Below, piece by piece: positions 19,844 through 31,213 of a stretch of 64,000 nucleotides of DNA. The DNA comes from Andalucia godoyi And28. Its lineage: Eukaryota; Protista; Jakobida. The stretch lies in assembly GCA_009859145.1 (NCBI GenBank), contig VRVR01000054.1, positions 62,001 to 126,000 of the forward strand, given 5' to 3'. The position numbers and the translations under genes were made by a program. The notes beneath the pieces are model-generated. The model ran no database searches. It saw only the letters and a program-made list of their open reading frames with translations, and was not told the DNA's origin. How positions within the stretch are numbered: the stretch's first letter is position 1; each line of letters opens with the position of its first letter.

Positions 19844-21763
19844 TCACTCATCACCATCGTCGGACTCCGCGCCGTAGTCCTCGACAGGACTGTCGGGGTA
19901 CTCATCAACATACCCGATTCCATCATCGTCATCTCCTAGATCTTGCTCACTACCTGCAGGCTCCTGTCTCGAGTATTGCGCTGCGTAGCTTCCCGGGCCC
20001 TGTTCTTGACCACTCTCCGACTGCGCATCTCCTGCACTACCTTCAACATCACTGTTTCCTTCTTCCGGTCCAACCACAGAATGGCGTGACGAATAACCTC
20101 CCAAAGAAGCGGAATCGCCGGGCTTTGAGCGTTCCTGGCGAACGTAGCCAGGAATGAGATTCATCATATGTGCTTCCAAAAGCTCTTCAAGACGTCCAGT
20201 AAGAACCGGATCAAGCTTAAAGGATTCGGCGAAGTTCTTTGCGAGGATCGACGGGTCATCGCCTTCATGGATGCCGATACGCCCCGATTTTCCAGGACCT
20301 AGGTTCACATCCATGTACAACAGAGGTCGCGTGCGTTTTCGTTTGTCCAGCTCAAAATCAAAGGGCTCTGGCTTCGTAGGTTTCGGAGGGCTCTGCTGAC
20401 CGGGAGAGTCAATTCGTAGAGAATGCTCAAACGGAGTGGCGTCCTTTCCTTCCCGTTCCTGTTTTGCCTTTCGTAATCGACCAATCGACTCCGTGTAACC
20501 CTTCGGAAGGGCAGTCGACGGGCGTTGCACCAGCGACACCCTGTACTTCTGTGACTGTTGAATGTCCGGCTTGAAAGTACACTCTGCAAGTTCAGCCTTT
20601 TCACGATCATCTTTCTGGGACATGAACATCTGTCGCTTCAACTGCACTTCCTTGTTCAGCGCCGAGATCTGATCTGGATCGAGGAACGATACCTTTCGAG
20701 CATCAAGGTGTTTTTCAAGAATCTTTGGCTGGAAGGTACAGGATTTCTTCAAGTCGTTCTCTGCCTGCTTCCGTTCCTCTTGCAATTTAGCTTCCACGTC
20801 GGCCTGCTTGCGCAGAAGTAGCTCAAACCTTCGAGTGTCACGCTTCTGATCTCTTGACGTATCAAGAGAAGATTCCGATCTAGATTTCTCCACCGGTTTC
20901 TTGTTGTAAACAAGTCGATTTACCGAGAAACGGCGCAATTCTCGACTGACAATGGGATCCATCAGGAGCTCCACAAACAAAGAAATAGACATGCCGTCTC
21001 TCCACAGCATCTGCAAAACGCTCTGTTCCTCGTCATTCCGCGTATATTCTTCTCGAAAGTACCCCAGCATAAACAGAACTCGTCCCATTTCTTCCAATGA
21101 CAACACAGCTTCTACATTACCCTCCGTAACCAGCAAAAACGCATCTTCGAGTTCTTTCTGTTCCTTTCTGCGAGCAAGATCCTTTGAAACAGTGTTAATT
21201 TTCCGTTGCGATCTAGAGTTTTCTTCTTCAATCTGGACATTCGCCATGAGCAACTGTCGTCTCAAACGACGATTCTTTGCGTCTTGATAAAGAGAGTCCT
21301 CAACTCGTTCTTCCCGAACGAGATTCGAAGGGTTAACTCGAGGGGTAAAGGACTGTGGAGGAGCAAATTCTTCCTCCTGGACACTTCGGTGAACATCCGG
21401 AGACGATCTAGTGGACGACAATTTGTACAATCGTTCATGAACAGGCTCGGGACGCGGCAACGACTTTGAATATGTCGAAATTTGAGGGCTGAAAGTCACT
21501 TGCTGCTCATCCTCCCGTTGTCTACGCAGTTCGGCGATTCGTTTTTGTTGCCTATCGACAGCACCTTGAATGGACTTGAGGAATGAGTCTCTCTGAGTCC
21601 TTTTGAATCGGTAATTCTGGTTGATTCGAGGGGAAAATGTGAGTTCTCGTTCAACATCTTGCTGCAGCTGCTCCTGTAACCGCCTAATCTTGCGATCTTT
21701 CTCCTCTTGCGCGGCCAAAGAGCGTTCTGCTATGGTGTCGTAGCGTGGCGAAGAAGAGCTCAT
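19844..21763 (-). CDS. Uncharacterised coiled-coil protein with repeated [TS]FxP motifs and a conserved C-terminal PLLYMDVNLG domain
   Basis: Long ORF with ATG at 21763. Repeats LTFSPRIN, VTFSPQIS, SFTPRVN, CTFQPKI, CTFKPDI. C-terminal PLLYMDVNLGPGKSGRIGIHEGDDP..LA..F, then an acidic tail. Confidence 0.8.
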   Translation of the reverse strand: MSSSSPRYDTIAERSLAAQEEKDRKIRRLQEQLQQDVERELTFSPRINQNYRFKRTQRDSFLKSIQGAVDRQQKRIAELRRQREDEQQVTFSPQISTYSKSLPRPEPVHERLYKLSSTRSSPDVHRSVQEEEFAPPQSFTPRVNPSNLVREERVEDSLYQDAKNRRLRRQLLMANVQIEEENSRSQRKINTVSKDLARRKEQKELEDAFLLVTEGNVEAVLSLEEMGRVLFMLGYFREEYTRNDEEQSVLQMLWRDGMSISLFVELLMDPIVSRELRRFSVNRLVYNKKPVEKSRSESSLDTSRDQKRDTRRFELLLRKQADVEAKLQEERKQAENDLKKSCTFQPKILEKHLDARKVSFLDPDQISALNKEVQLKRQMFMSQKDDREKAELAECTFKPDIQQSQKYRVSLVQRPSTALPKGYTESIGRLRKAKQEREGKDATPFEHSLRIDSPGQQSPPKPTKPEPFDFELDKRKRTRPLLYMDVNLGPGKSGRIGIHEGDDPSILAKNFAESFKLDPVLTGRLEELLEAHMMNLIPGYVRQERSKPGDSASLGGYSSRHSVVGPEEGNSDVEGSAGDAQSESGQEQGPGSYAAQYSRQEPAGSEQDLGDDDDGIGYVDEYPDSPVEDYGAESDDGDE

Positions 21764-22246
21764 GGCAGCAAATACGCGACGAAACAAAGGCAAAAAAATA
21801 AAGAAAATGAGTTTAGTTGAATGTTATAAAGAAGAAAAAAAAAATGAGAGAAGTGCAACTAATCACGCATAGGACGGCCAAAGATCTGCCAATGCAATTG
21901 CGGTCGATGGGGAAACGGGGTGGGTGGGAATGGGCATACAGTAATTGAGAAAAAAAATATTTTCCGTTGAAGGGCAGTTGATTTTTGTTTTCTGCCAAAA
22001 CTGGTTCGCAGCATCAATTGATGTGTGTTTTTCCCTCTAGGTACGTCACCGACTTCTCGTGTTTCATGTTTTCATTTTTTTTTTGTTTCGTCCGAGCTTC
22101 GATCTTGGAGGCGTGTGTGTTTTTCTTTAAAATATAAAACTTTTCACGACGGAAGTTTCCTTTTTGGTTCTTCTTCCCTGTTCTCCTGGTCTTTATTTCC
22201 CTCTTGCAAACATAATTGAATCCGTCTAGAAGTTCGTTTGCATATC

Positions 22247-25031
22247 ATGGCGGACGCATCTCTGTTATCTGATTTCGATGAAGATCAGGTATGCAGAGTC
22301 TGTCGCTGTGAAGGGACTGCATCGCATTCGCTATTCATGCCATGCCACTGCAAGGGATCTGTGCAGTATGTCCACGAAGATTGCTTGCGCAAATGGATTG
22401 ATTTTTCAAAGAAAAAGTATGTGACTTAGGATCTTTGTGACATTGTTGTTTACCGGCGATCCTAACCTTTCAATTTTCGTTCCTTGACGTGTTCTTCTTT
22501 GTTTCAGAGAATGCGAGATTTGCAAACAGCCGTTTTCATTCAAAACAGTCTACGCGGACAACGCTCCGTCGAAGCTCGCCTGGTTTGATTTCATCCGGTA
22601 CTTGTCCAGGAAAATCGTTCCGTTTTCTTCTTCCATTTTCAGATATGTGGTTGTCCTTTCCTGTTGGATACTGATTCTTCCGTTGTTTTTGTCGGGTTCT
22701 TGGGCATTCTTGTCTTCCGAGGAGGGTGTGTGGGCTTACTTATTACAAGTTACGACATCGTATTCAAAGTTTGGCGAATCTGTTCTTTTTGGAGTTGGAG
22801 TTGCATGCGGAGTTGTCGCTCTTATATTCATCGTGGATCACGGCCGAGATGTGATCAACGACGAAAATCTCGATAATCGGCCTTTGCATCGACCCGGCTT
22901 GGAGAACGAAGCTCAGGAGGGAGCAGCAGCTCATCCTCAGAACGGGGTTGCTGCAAACGAACCCGCCCAGGTCGGCGTAGCAGCAGACAGGCGGCAAGAG
23001 CCATTGGTAGTGCAAGATGCGGGTGCGGGTGTGGGGCCAGTTCGTGCTAGAGAGCGTCTGAATGTTGGAGACGACGAAGACTCGGATGACGACGATGATG
23101 ATGAGGACCAAGATGAATTCGACGATGGCATTGGAGGAAATCAAGCGGATCCATTTGGTGATGGCGAAGAGGAAGAAGACGACGAAGATTTTGACGAGGA
23201 GCTGCGAATGGCGCGATTGGAAGCGATCGAGTTCTTTGGTTTTGAAGGACCGTGGTCCAATTTTATTGCACAGTTTTTGTTGACGACGGTGTTCACGTTT
23301 TCGTTTGTCTTGCTGTTCATTTTTGCTCCAATGCGGTTGGGCAGACTGCCATTAGAAATTCTCTTCCAATCTGCGTTGAATCCAGCGTGCAAACAGCCGG
23401 CAGATTCAAGTGCGTTTGGCTCAATCCCAATCTGGTCCTCGCAATTATCCAGTATGCTGGACAATGTTCAGCACTCTTCGGTCGTGCAGAACATGATTTC
23501 ATGTGACGTTACCACAGTTCCGCCCGTCTTATTGAGCATTTTGGCTGGCTATATTGCGTTTTTTGTCATTCTTGGTGTGCTCACAAATGCAATTCGCGCT
23601 ATTTCGGGTCAGCATCTTCCCTACTTCCTACTTGCTTCTTGGCGCTTTGCAAAGATTATCATTATGTTCTGTGTCCATTTAGTTGTTCTTCCGCTTTTCT
23701 GCGGTCTTGTAGTTTCTGCTCTTTGCGCAGAATTTGTGGGCGTTTCTCATGAACAGTGGTTGCTGTTCCTTACGTCTTCTCCGTACAAGTCTTTTATCTT
23801 CCACTGGTCTATGGGAATGCTGTTTGTTTTTCAGCTTTCCATACAAGTAGACGCGCTGCGGAAAACACTCCGCCCTGGAGTCTTCTGGTTTTTGTGGAGT
23901 TTAGATGACCCAAAGTTTCGAATGCTAGAGATTTTTGTTCGACAATCAGTCCTGGTGCATGCGAGATCTGTGGTTACAACGGGGCTCTTCTTTGCAACGT
24001 TGATCGCTTTGCTGATTAGAATGCCTTTGCGTGGAATTCGACTGCTCGTACCTTCGTTGTTCCCGTTAAGCATGAATCTAAATCTTGTCGAAGTCGTTTT
24101 TCTCCAGCTTGTGTATCCGCTTGTGTTCAAGCTGTTTCGATCTCGTACAGGAGTGCGGGCCCTGTACAGATCTTGGCTGAATGTCGTGGGAAACGGTCTG
24201 GACCTCCACTCCTACTTGCTTGGCGACGGGAACTATCGTCCAAGGTTTTTCATGCTTCGAGTCACAGCACTTCTTGTTGCAGCGTGGATCACCCTGGGCT
24301 TCATGTTGTCTGTCTTCGGCTCCGTTATTCTTATTCTTGGGAATTTCTTCTTGTCACACGTTCTACGCATCCATCCTCCGAATGATGCCTTCACAATTGT
24401 CTCCGGGTTCTTTATTCTTCGTGCGCTGATCTCCACATTCAGCAAGCGTTCCCGCTTTTTCTCGGCCGCCTGCAAAGCTCTGCTGGTGGGTTTCCTGTGG
24501 TTCATAGTGGTTCCTCTCCTTGCCGGCTTATTGTTCGAAGTCGTTGTTCTTTTCCCATTGTATGTATCAAATGATCACTCTCCGTCCTATTCCATTTGGA
24601 GAGAATGGTTGTTCGGATTGTTGTTCGTCAAGTTGTGCATGGTGGCCTGTTCCTTTGGATTTTTAGGACCGGAAAGGCAAGTCGCCGTGCAGAGAGTTTT
24701 TGAAGAAGGTGGCATAACGATGACCCGTTTGAGCCTTCCAATTATTCACACGTTGCTGCTTTTGCTGGTTATTCCTTATGTTGCTGTTTGGGGCGCGCTA
24801 CCCCGGCTTGGGTTCTCAATATTTTTGGTGGAATGGGTACATCGGCGTGTCTACCTCTCCCTGGTCTTAATTGTTCTGCTCGTGGCCGTCATTCGATTGT
24901 TGAGAAAAGTTGCTGCTCGATGGCATGACCTTGTGCGAGACGATCTTTATCTTGTCGGACGGATTCTACAGAATCATGAATCACACATCGGGGCACTTGC
25001 ACCCGTGGCTGGCAATGTTTCTGGGTCGTAG
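22247..25031 (+). CDS. MARCHF6: MARCH6/Doa10-like RING-CH ER membrane E3 ligase; two exons (22247-22416, 22508-25031)
   Basis: Exon 1 encodes CRVCRCE...PCHCKGSVQYVHEDCLRKW. Splicing restores the RING end CEICKQPF. Many TM helices follow, with LRKTLRPGVFWF...DDP and terminal RDDLYLVGRILQN. Confidence 0.9.
22417..22507 (+). other. Spliceosomal GT-AG intron (91 nt)
   Basis: Donor GTATGT, branch-like CCTAAC at 22461-22466, pyrimidine tract and TTTCAG acceptor. Removal joins the RING-CH halves in frame and skips an in-frame TAG. Confidence 0.9.
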
Positions 25032-25241
25032 TGATTGTTTTTGCGATTTTGTTTTGTTTTTTGTCTTGCTTTCTGATCTTGTGTAGTGCTGATTTCTTAA
25101 TTCTTAATTCTTAATTCTTTTTTTTGGTGGCTCATATCAAGATGACCGGACGTTGCAGGTCTTGCATCGTTTTCTTCTGCGTCGAAGCATTGTTAGCTGT
25201 TTCTTGTTCTCCGGAGGTCCATCAATGCACACGACATCCCC

Positions 25242-25242
<1 letters not shown>

Positions 25243-25278
<36 letters not shown>

Positions 25279-25320
25279 TCACTCTCTCTCTCTCTCACTC
25301 ACTCACTCTCTCTCTCTCTT
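25243..25320. repeat. Compound (AC)n/(CT)n microsatellite
   Basis: AC run followed by interrupted CT/CACT runs, upstream of the desaturase gene. Confidence 0.93.
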
Positions 25321-25501
25321 TTGGACATCTGCGCGCTCTCGAAGTCGATTTTTGGCGACGTCGAGATCGCATGATGTGCTCTGCGCAGTTCACAGTCCTG
25401 TTTTTTCCCTCTTTTCCCACCCTTTTCTTCTTTTTCTTCTTTTTCTTCTTTTTCTTCTTTTTCTTCTTTCCATCTTCCAGTACGCGTTTTAGATGTAAAG
25501 A

Positions 25502-26341
25502 ATGGGCCTTCCTAGAGAGCTGCGCGAAGTAGTGTTTTTCATGGGGTTGAGCGGGTGTTTGTATTGTCTGTTGTCGGGGATGATGCGGATTGCTCCGGAT
25601 TGTCCTTTTGCGTGTTTCTCATGGTTTTCGCAATGCTTGATGATTCCTTTGTATCTATGCATGTCGGCGTTTTGGTATTGGTTTGAGCAACGTCTTCCTA
25701 CAGCATTATTGCAAGCTGTCCGCACACAGCCAAGTAGGCAGCGATCAATGAAGGATGTCCAAAGAGCACTGCCTCTCGTCATTTTCAATCTATTTGTTAC
25801 GCAGACTATAGTTGGCTTGCTTGTTTATCCTCTCTGGATCTACAGAGGAGGCTCTGCGTCTTCTTTGGCCGTCCCGTCCTTGCTGCTCTGCGTGCGAGAT
25901 TTTCTCGCGTACAACATTATTGAAGAAATCCTCTTCTACTATTTCCATAGGTTCTTCCACTCGCCTGCGATGTACGCTCGGATTCACAAAATTCATCATC
26001 GCTATTCTGCACCCGTGGCAGTTGCAGCGATATATGCGCATCCGTTGGAACATGCATGCGTCAACATCTTTCCGCTGTTGCTCGGACCGGCTTTGTGTGG
26101 TTCCCATATTCTCCAAGTTTGGCATTGGATGTTCATTGCGATTATCAATACAACGACCACGCATTCGGGCTTGGACCTTTCCCGTTCTGCTGCATTGGCG
26201 TGGATTGGCGTCCCTTCCTCTGATTTCCATGATTTTCATCATGAAAAATTTATCTGCAATTTTGGGGTGTTTGGACTTCTCGACATGGTCCACGGTACCG
26301 TGGGTGTCCGTCAGATTGCCGCATCTGAAAAGAAGCTGTGA
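25502..26341 (+). CDS. Fatty acid hydroxylase / sterol desaturase superfamily protein (FAXDC2/ERG25-like)
   Basis: Three His boxes (YYFHRFFH, IHKIHH, HDFHH), plus YAHPLEH and terminal NFGVFGLLDMVHGT. Confidence 0.9.
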   Translation: MGLPRELREVVFFMGLSGCLYCLLSGMMRIAPDCPFACFSWFSQCLMIPLYLCMSAFWYWFEQRLPTALLQAVRTQPSRQRSMKDVQRALPLVIFNLFVTQTIVGLLVYPLWIYRGGSASSLAVPSLLLCVRDFLAYNIIEEILFYYFHRFFHSPAMYARIHKIHHRYSAPVAVAAIYAHPLEHACVNIFPLLLGPALCGSHILQVWHWMFIAIINTTTTHSGLDLSRSAALAWIGVPSSDFHDFHHEKFICNFGVFGLLDMVHGTVGVRQIAASEKKL

Positions 26342-26960
26342 GGCATGCTGCTGCGATTGGCATTGAGGCCGAAGTTGCACAGTAATTCCAAGGGATGAGG
26401 TGCTCGCCCTTAACCGTCGCTGATCTCTCACAGCGCACGGCCCCCGCAAAAATGCAAAAAAACAAACAAACAAACAATCAAACAACACAACCGCTGCCAC
26501 TTATTGCGAAATGATGAAGCAGTCTAAAGCGCACGAAAACAGGAACACTGCCACGCGCCATGCGCATGCGTTTGCTATCTTAGCAACTCTGTCACACGAT
26601 GCCCGATTCGTTTCGCCCCCATTTTGATCATGGAATCCCTATACATACGCCGCCGCGTTGCATTATGCATGTTGTTGGGTTGCAACATTGATTATGGGTG
26701 ATCAGCGATGATTATCCGTGGTTAGTGTACAATGTAGGCGCTGCGCATAACTGTCTTGCCATAGTACGGACTGCACTTGTCTGCAAATCTTTTTTTACGT
26801 CTCCGCTGCTATCGCAATACGGCATCTGACTGACCATTATTTCGTTGATCCCTTTGTGTTCCAGAGAAAACAACGATATAGACAATGACAAGCTTTTATA
26901 CAATGTATTTCCCTACCGTTTTTTCCTCTACGCATTTCCATTCTTCATGTCTTCAAAAGA

Positions 26961-29900
26961 CTAATTTCGGTGCTTCTTCTTTTTCCCATTGCTTCCTTTT
27001 CGCTGAGTCGTCGGGCCGCTGCCGCCAGACTTCACTTCCTCATCGGAGTCGCTCCTCTTTTCCTTGTCGCTATCCGAGCTACCTGGCTGTGCATTCGACG
27101 GAGAATCCTTTGAAGCAACTTCGGCCTCTTGAGACGGGACCTGAAGAGATCCAAGAGTCCTTTCCAAATCGCGCACGTCATCCGCAGTCGGCTTCACGAT
27201 GGGTGGAAGTTGTTCCACACGTTCTTTGTGTTCAGCTCGGCCCCTTCGTTCAGCTGGTTTCTTCTGCTGTTCGCTGTCGTCGTTTTCATCGTCAGTAAAC
27301 GAGTCCGCATCCGGATCATTAAATTGATTTGGCACAGACGGGAATGCAAGGGTTCTGCGAGCCTCTGGGGCTTCTCCGGATGATCGCGCAGGCGCATTCT
27401 GCGTCCGTGTCGGGGAGTCTGTGAAGCCAATATCCGACAGAATGTCAGAATCTTGCCCAGGAACAGGGTGTGACGATGGTTGCACCACCGTCTGGGACCA
27501 ATCCAACAATGGTCCTTTGCTCCGTGGCTTCTCAAGCTGCTCTAAGGATCTTGCGTCCTGCCGCATGCTATCCTCAAGATCGTGCTCCAGTATCGCATCT
27601 TCACGGCATTGTTGAGCTTGCGACGGGCCAAATGAAACACGGCGCGGAACGCCTCCCGGAAAGTCTAGTTGCACAGGGGGCTGTTGATGCTGAGGGGGCT
27701 CTTGTTGTTGTTGTTGTTGCTGCTGCTGCCGATGATGGGAATGATGGGAATGTATCTGTCGCTGTTCATGCTGCTGCTGCTGTTGTTGTGAGGCATTCCA
27801 GTTTTGCGCGAAAAACGGAGTCTCAAGCGCACGATGAACTTTTCGAGACACCATGTCTTCTCGTTCACTTGACGACACACGACTGCTATCTGGAACCGGA
27901 GCAGTTGGAACCAGCATGATAGACCCCATCAGTTCTGCATTTTCTGGGGCAGCATAGTAATACTGATTTGGAGGAGAGGATGATGCTTGTGCAGCGGACG
28001 ACACGTTACTCGCACCAAACGAAGTGGCGTTCGCGGAAAATAAGTTTGCGAAATCAGCAGACGGCGCAGGCACAGGATCTGATCGACTAATTTCTACAGA
28101 AGCGGCAAGATCGCCCACTGTCCAGACTTGACTCCGACCAGCAGAAGAGCCGCCAAAAGACACCGGCTTACGCGGATTGATTTCTTTGAATTTGATGAGA
28201 GGGTTACTCCACAAAGGTGGAGGGTCATTTTGACGGTATGTCCGCAGTTCGACTTGTGCGAGCCACTGCACTTCCAGAGCCGGTGTGCGGGGACGAGGAT
28301 TCGACGGCTGCGGATACACCTTTGGTGGCTTCTCAACAGCACACCACAGCCGGTGAATTCCAAACACCCCGGAAGACATGGGCGGAGACGGAGGAATCGG
28401 AGAGCTGGCGCTGGAACCTGAACTGCCAATCGCGGAGTTCGTTGGCAGCAACGAAGAAGCGTTCACCTTTCGTTCGACGAATTGAATTCCAATTGTCGTG
28501 GTCTGGCCCGTCCCCGACCCCAAGTCACCGATTCCGCCGTCTCCGGTCATTGCTACAGAATTGGATCCTGGCATTGGGGTGCTGGACAGGGTCGGCAAAG
28601 TTTCAAACAAGCGCACATGAAAAGTTCCTGCCAAAGAAGAAGTGGCGAGTGCAACATATGCGGGATTGTCCAGCACCGAAGATCCGTACACTGAAATCCA
28701 TAACGCGGGATCGAGGAACAAACACCGTGGTTCAACAGCAGAGGAGCCATCGGGCGCAGCAGCGTACCGAATTCGAGTTATTGGCTGCAGCTGAATGGGA
28801 GCCGAGAGCCGGGATGCGTTGGCACCAACCATAAAATTCGGCGAATTTATGCTTGGAAGTCCATATGCAGAAGACGGCTGCATCAATGCAGCAGACACGG
28901 CATGGAGAGATTGATCGTCGTCTCCAATTTCGGCGGATGGTTGCATACCGCTTGCGTTTCCGTGCAATGCCCATTGTGAGGATGACAGTGCTGCGAGGGG
29001 GCAGTGCGAACGCGGCCCCGCCGAAACTCCCATTCTCGTGATTGGATAAATATGGGTAGTTCGCTCAGAAGACACTGCAACGTACCGTCCAGTGGGGTCG
29101 AATGCGATGTCCTGAATTCGCGCATCTGTAACACCTCGCTGACACACAAAGATCAACTTTGGATTCAGCACAGTGGAGTTGCCGGCGGCGGAAGATCCAG
29201 AGCCCGTTGATGAGGAGGATGAGGATGCGCCTCCAGCAGACAACGACGTAGTCGACAGCCCAGAGTTGTTCACGACGGCCTGCGCAAAATGCAAAAAGGA
29301 ATAAATGTACACCTGATGCCCATCATACGGTGCACAAGCAAGCAGCGTACCTGATGGGTCAAACGCGATGTGTCGAATCGGTTGTCCAGGGCACACGGCA
29401 ATGTCCGCAACCACTTTTCCCGATCTAACATTTCTGACACGCACCATGCCACCGATCGAAAACTCTGGCAGTTCCCTCTCTTCCACTGCGTGTTCGCCTC
29501 CAGCAACACCAGGATTTTGGGCCGTTCCAGCACTTCCAGATCCAGCCCCATAGTCGTCATGACTCTGAGACGTCACAAAATGAGAATCGTCCGCATTCCC
29601 GCTGGATGTTTGTGAAGCGTAATATTTGTATGCAGCCCTACCAAGCCACTGCATATGTCGCGATACATGCCGAGACAAATCCGTTACGGTCTGTGTCACC
29701 GTTTTTCCTCCGGAGGCGCTCTGCGAACTTGAGTGTCCTGAGAACCCTGAGTGCAGCGACGAATTTGAAGGGTCCGCCAAATCTGCGTCCGTGATGTGAT
29801 CTGAAAATGCAATCCAATCTCCAGACAGGGACATGCACGGTGAAACCCTCGATACGGCGTATTTTGCGACGAGAGAAAACGTTCCATTCTGGAAAACAAC

Positions 29901-30602
29901 GAGACCATCACGCGTCAGCACACACAACACAGCAGCCGTTGCACAGATTTCCAGCACAAAACTTCCAATCGCAAGCGACGTGGTTTCCGGGAAGTCGTGG
30001 CTCAATCCAGCACTCGATAAATTTGCAGAAGAAGTGCCCCCGCTTGCCGAGACAGAGTGAGGATGGGAGGACGGAGAAGGAGATGCAGCGAGCGACCACA
30101 GCCGAACAATATGCGGCGAGTCTCGAGTCGTCACAGCAATAAGCGGACGCTCGGACTGCAAGGGATCGACGTCCAGGGGTGTCGGAACAAGACAAACAGT
30201 AGTGACAAATGGACCGCCGCGGTTCGACCTCGCGATAAGGAAGAGAGAGGAAGGCGGCGGGATAACTCTGTAAATTGAAACAACACCAAATGCATCAAGT
30301 GACACGCAAAAGTCGGTCTCTGAAACGAACATGCCCTGGACGGTGCTACTGCTATTGCTGCTGCTATTACCAATGGTGCTGGAGGTGTTGAGAAAAGAAG
30401 AAGAAGAAGAAGAAGAAGAAGAGGACGAGGAGGCAGCCGCCGAGATCGGTACGGAAGTCGATGCATCCGCATTCGGGTTCGGTAGCGAAACGAGCCGCGT
30501 GGAGCAAAGCGTCGGAATCGGAGCCGTCGAAGACGTACTGGGAGACGGAACCCCAACCGTGGACGACAGCAGCGCTTTTGTCGTCGAAAACAACGCCTGC
30601 AT
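26961..30602 (-). CDS. BCAS3: BCAS3 / ATG18h-like WD40 beta-propeller protein
   Basis: IRHIAFDPSGTLLAC, RGVTDARIQDIAFDPTGRYVAVSSERTTHIYPI and the BCAS3-type motif WLAQVELRTY...PLW...IKF. Q-rich and acidic tail. Confidence 0.8.
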   Translation of the reverse strand: MQALFSTTKALLSSTVGVPSPSTSSTAPIPTLCSTRLVSLPNPNADASTSVPISAAASSSSSSSSSSSSFLNTSSTIGNSSSNSSSTVQGMFVSETDFCVSLDAFGVVSIYRVIPPPSSLFLIARSNRGGPFVTTVCLVPTPLDVDPLQSERPLIAVTTRDSPHIVRLWSLAASPSPSSHPHSVSASGGTSSANLSSAGLSHDFPETTSLAIGSFVLEICATAAVLCVLTRDGLVVFQNGTFSLVAKYAVSRVSPCMSLSGDWIAFSDHITDADLADPSNSSLHSGFSGHSSSQSASGGKTVTQTVTDLSRHVSRHMQWLGRAAYKYYASQTSSGNADDSHFVTSQSHDDYGAGSGSAGTAQNPGVAGGEHAVEERELPEFSIGGMVRVRNVRSGKVVADIAVCPGQPIRHIAFDPSGTLLACAPYDGHQVYIYSFLHFAQAVVNNSGLSTTSLSAGGASSSSSSTGSGSSAAGNSTVLNPKLIFVCQRGVTDARIQDIAFDPTGRYVAVSSERTTHIYPITRMGVSAGPRSHCPLAALSSSQWALHGNASGMQPSAEIGDDDQSLHAVSAALMQPSSAYGLPSINSPNFMVGANASRLSAPIQLQPITRIRYAAAPDGSSAVEPRCLFLDPALWISVYGSSVLDNPAYVALATSSLAGTFHVRLFETLPTLSSTPMPGSNSVAMTGDGGIGDLGSGTGQTTTIGIQFVERKVNASSLLPTNSAIGSSGSSASSPIPPSPPMSSGVFGIHRLWCAVEKPPKVYPQPSNPRPRTPALEVQWLAQVELRTYRQNDPPPLWSNPLIKFKEINPRKPVSFGGSSAGRSQVWTVGDLAASVEISRSDPVPAPSADFANLFSANATSFGASNVSSAAQASSSPPNQYYYAAPENAELMGSIMLVPTAPVPDSSRVSSSEREDMVSRKVHRALETPFFAQNWNASQQQQQQHEQRQIHSHHSHHRQQQQQQQQQEPPQHQQPPVQLDFPGGVPRRVSFGPSQAQQCREDAILEHDLEDSMRQDARSLEQLEKPRSKGPLLDWSQTVVQPSSHPVPGQDSDILSDIGFTDSPTRTQNAPARSSGEAPEARRTLAFPSVPNQFNDPDADSFTDDENDDSEQQKKPAERRGRAEHKERVEQLPPIVKPTADDVRDLERTLGSLQVPSQEAEVASKDSPSNAQPGSSDSDKEKRSDSDEEVKSGGSGPTTQRKGSNGKKKKHRN

Positions 30603-31213
30603 TCAACTACAGCAACAGCAACAGCAGCAACAACAGCAACAGCAACAACAACAGCAAGAAAAGAAAAGAAAAGGAAGAAGAAAAAAATGAAAAAGAAGAC
30701 GGAGCAACGGTTACTATGTACGCTGAAGAATCGACTGTGTGTTTTGTTATCAAAGACTTCCCTAATCCTTGAGCAGAACAAGCAGTAGCAGTAGTTGAAC
30801 AAGAAGAACAAGAGGAGTATTAAAATAAGAAGGATGCAACTGCTATTTGATAACTAGTAGTAGTAGTACGGTTCAGTGCTTTATGACAACGAATCAGAAA
30901 ACGACCCGGAACCTGGAAAAGAAACTCGAATTCGAACTGGGAACGTTTGAGAATCGGGCTTTGCCAGTTGTCGATTGCCGAATCTCCTTTGGAGGACTTG
31001 AGGCTGGAGGACTGCGACTCGACTTTACGCTTGAGTGAAGCCTTCCGAGTTTCCCAAGTTCCGACCAAACGTATTTTCGCAGCAAAGAAAGAACTGAAGA
31101 AGAATAAAAAAACAACAAACCAGCAAGGAAAGCCGCTAATCTGCACTACTACTACTACTACTTGTTGTTGTTGTTGTTGTTGCCGAGTGAGCGCTTTGAA
31201 AGGAACTCTCAAG

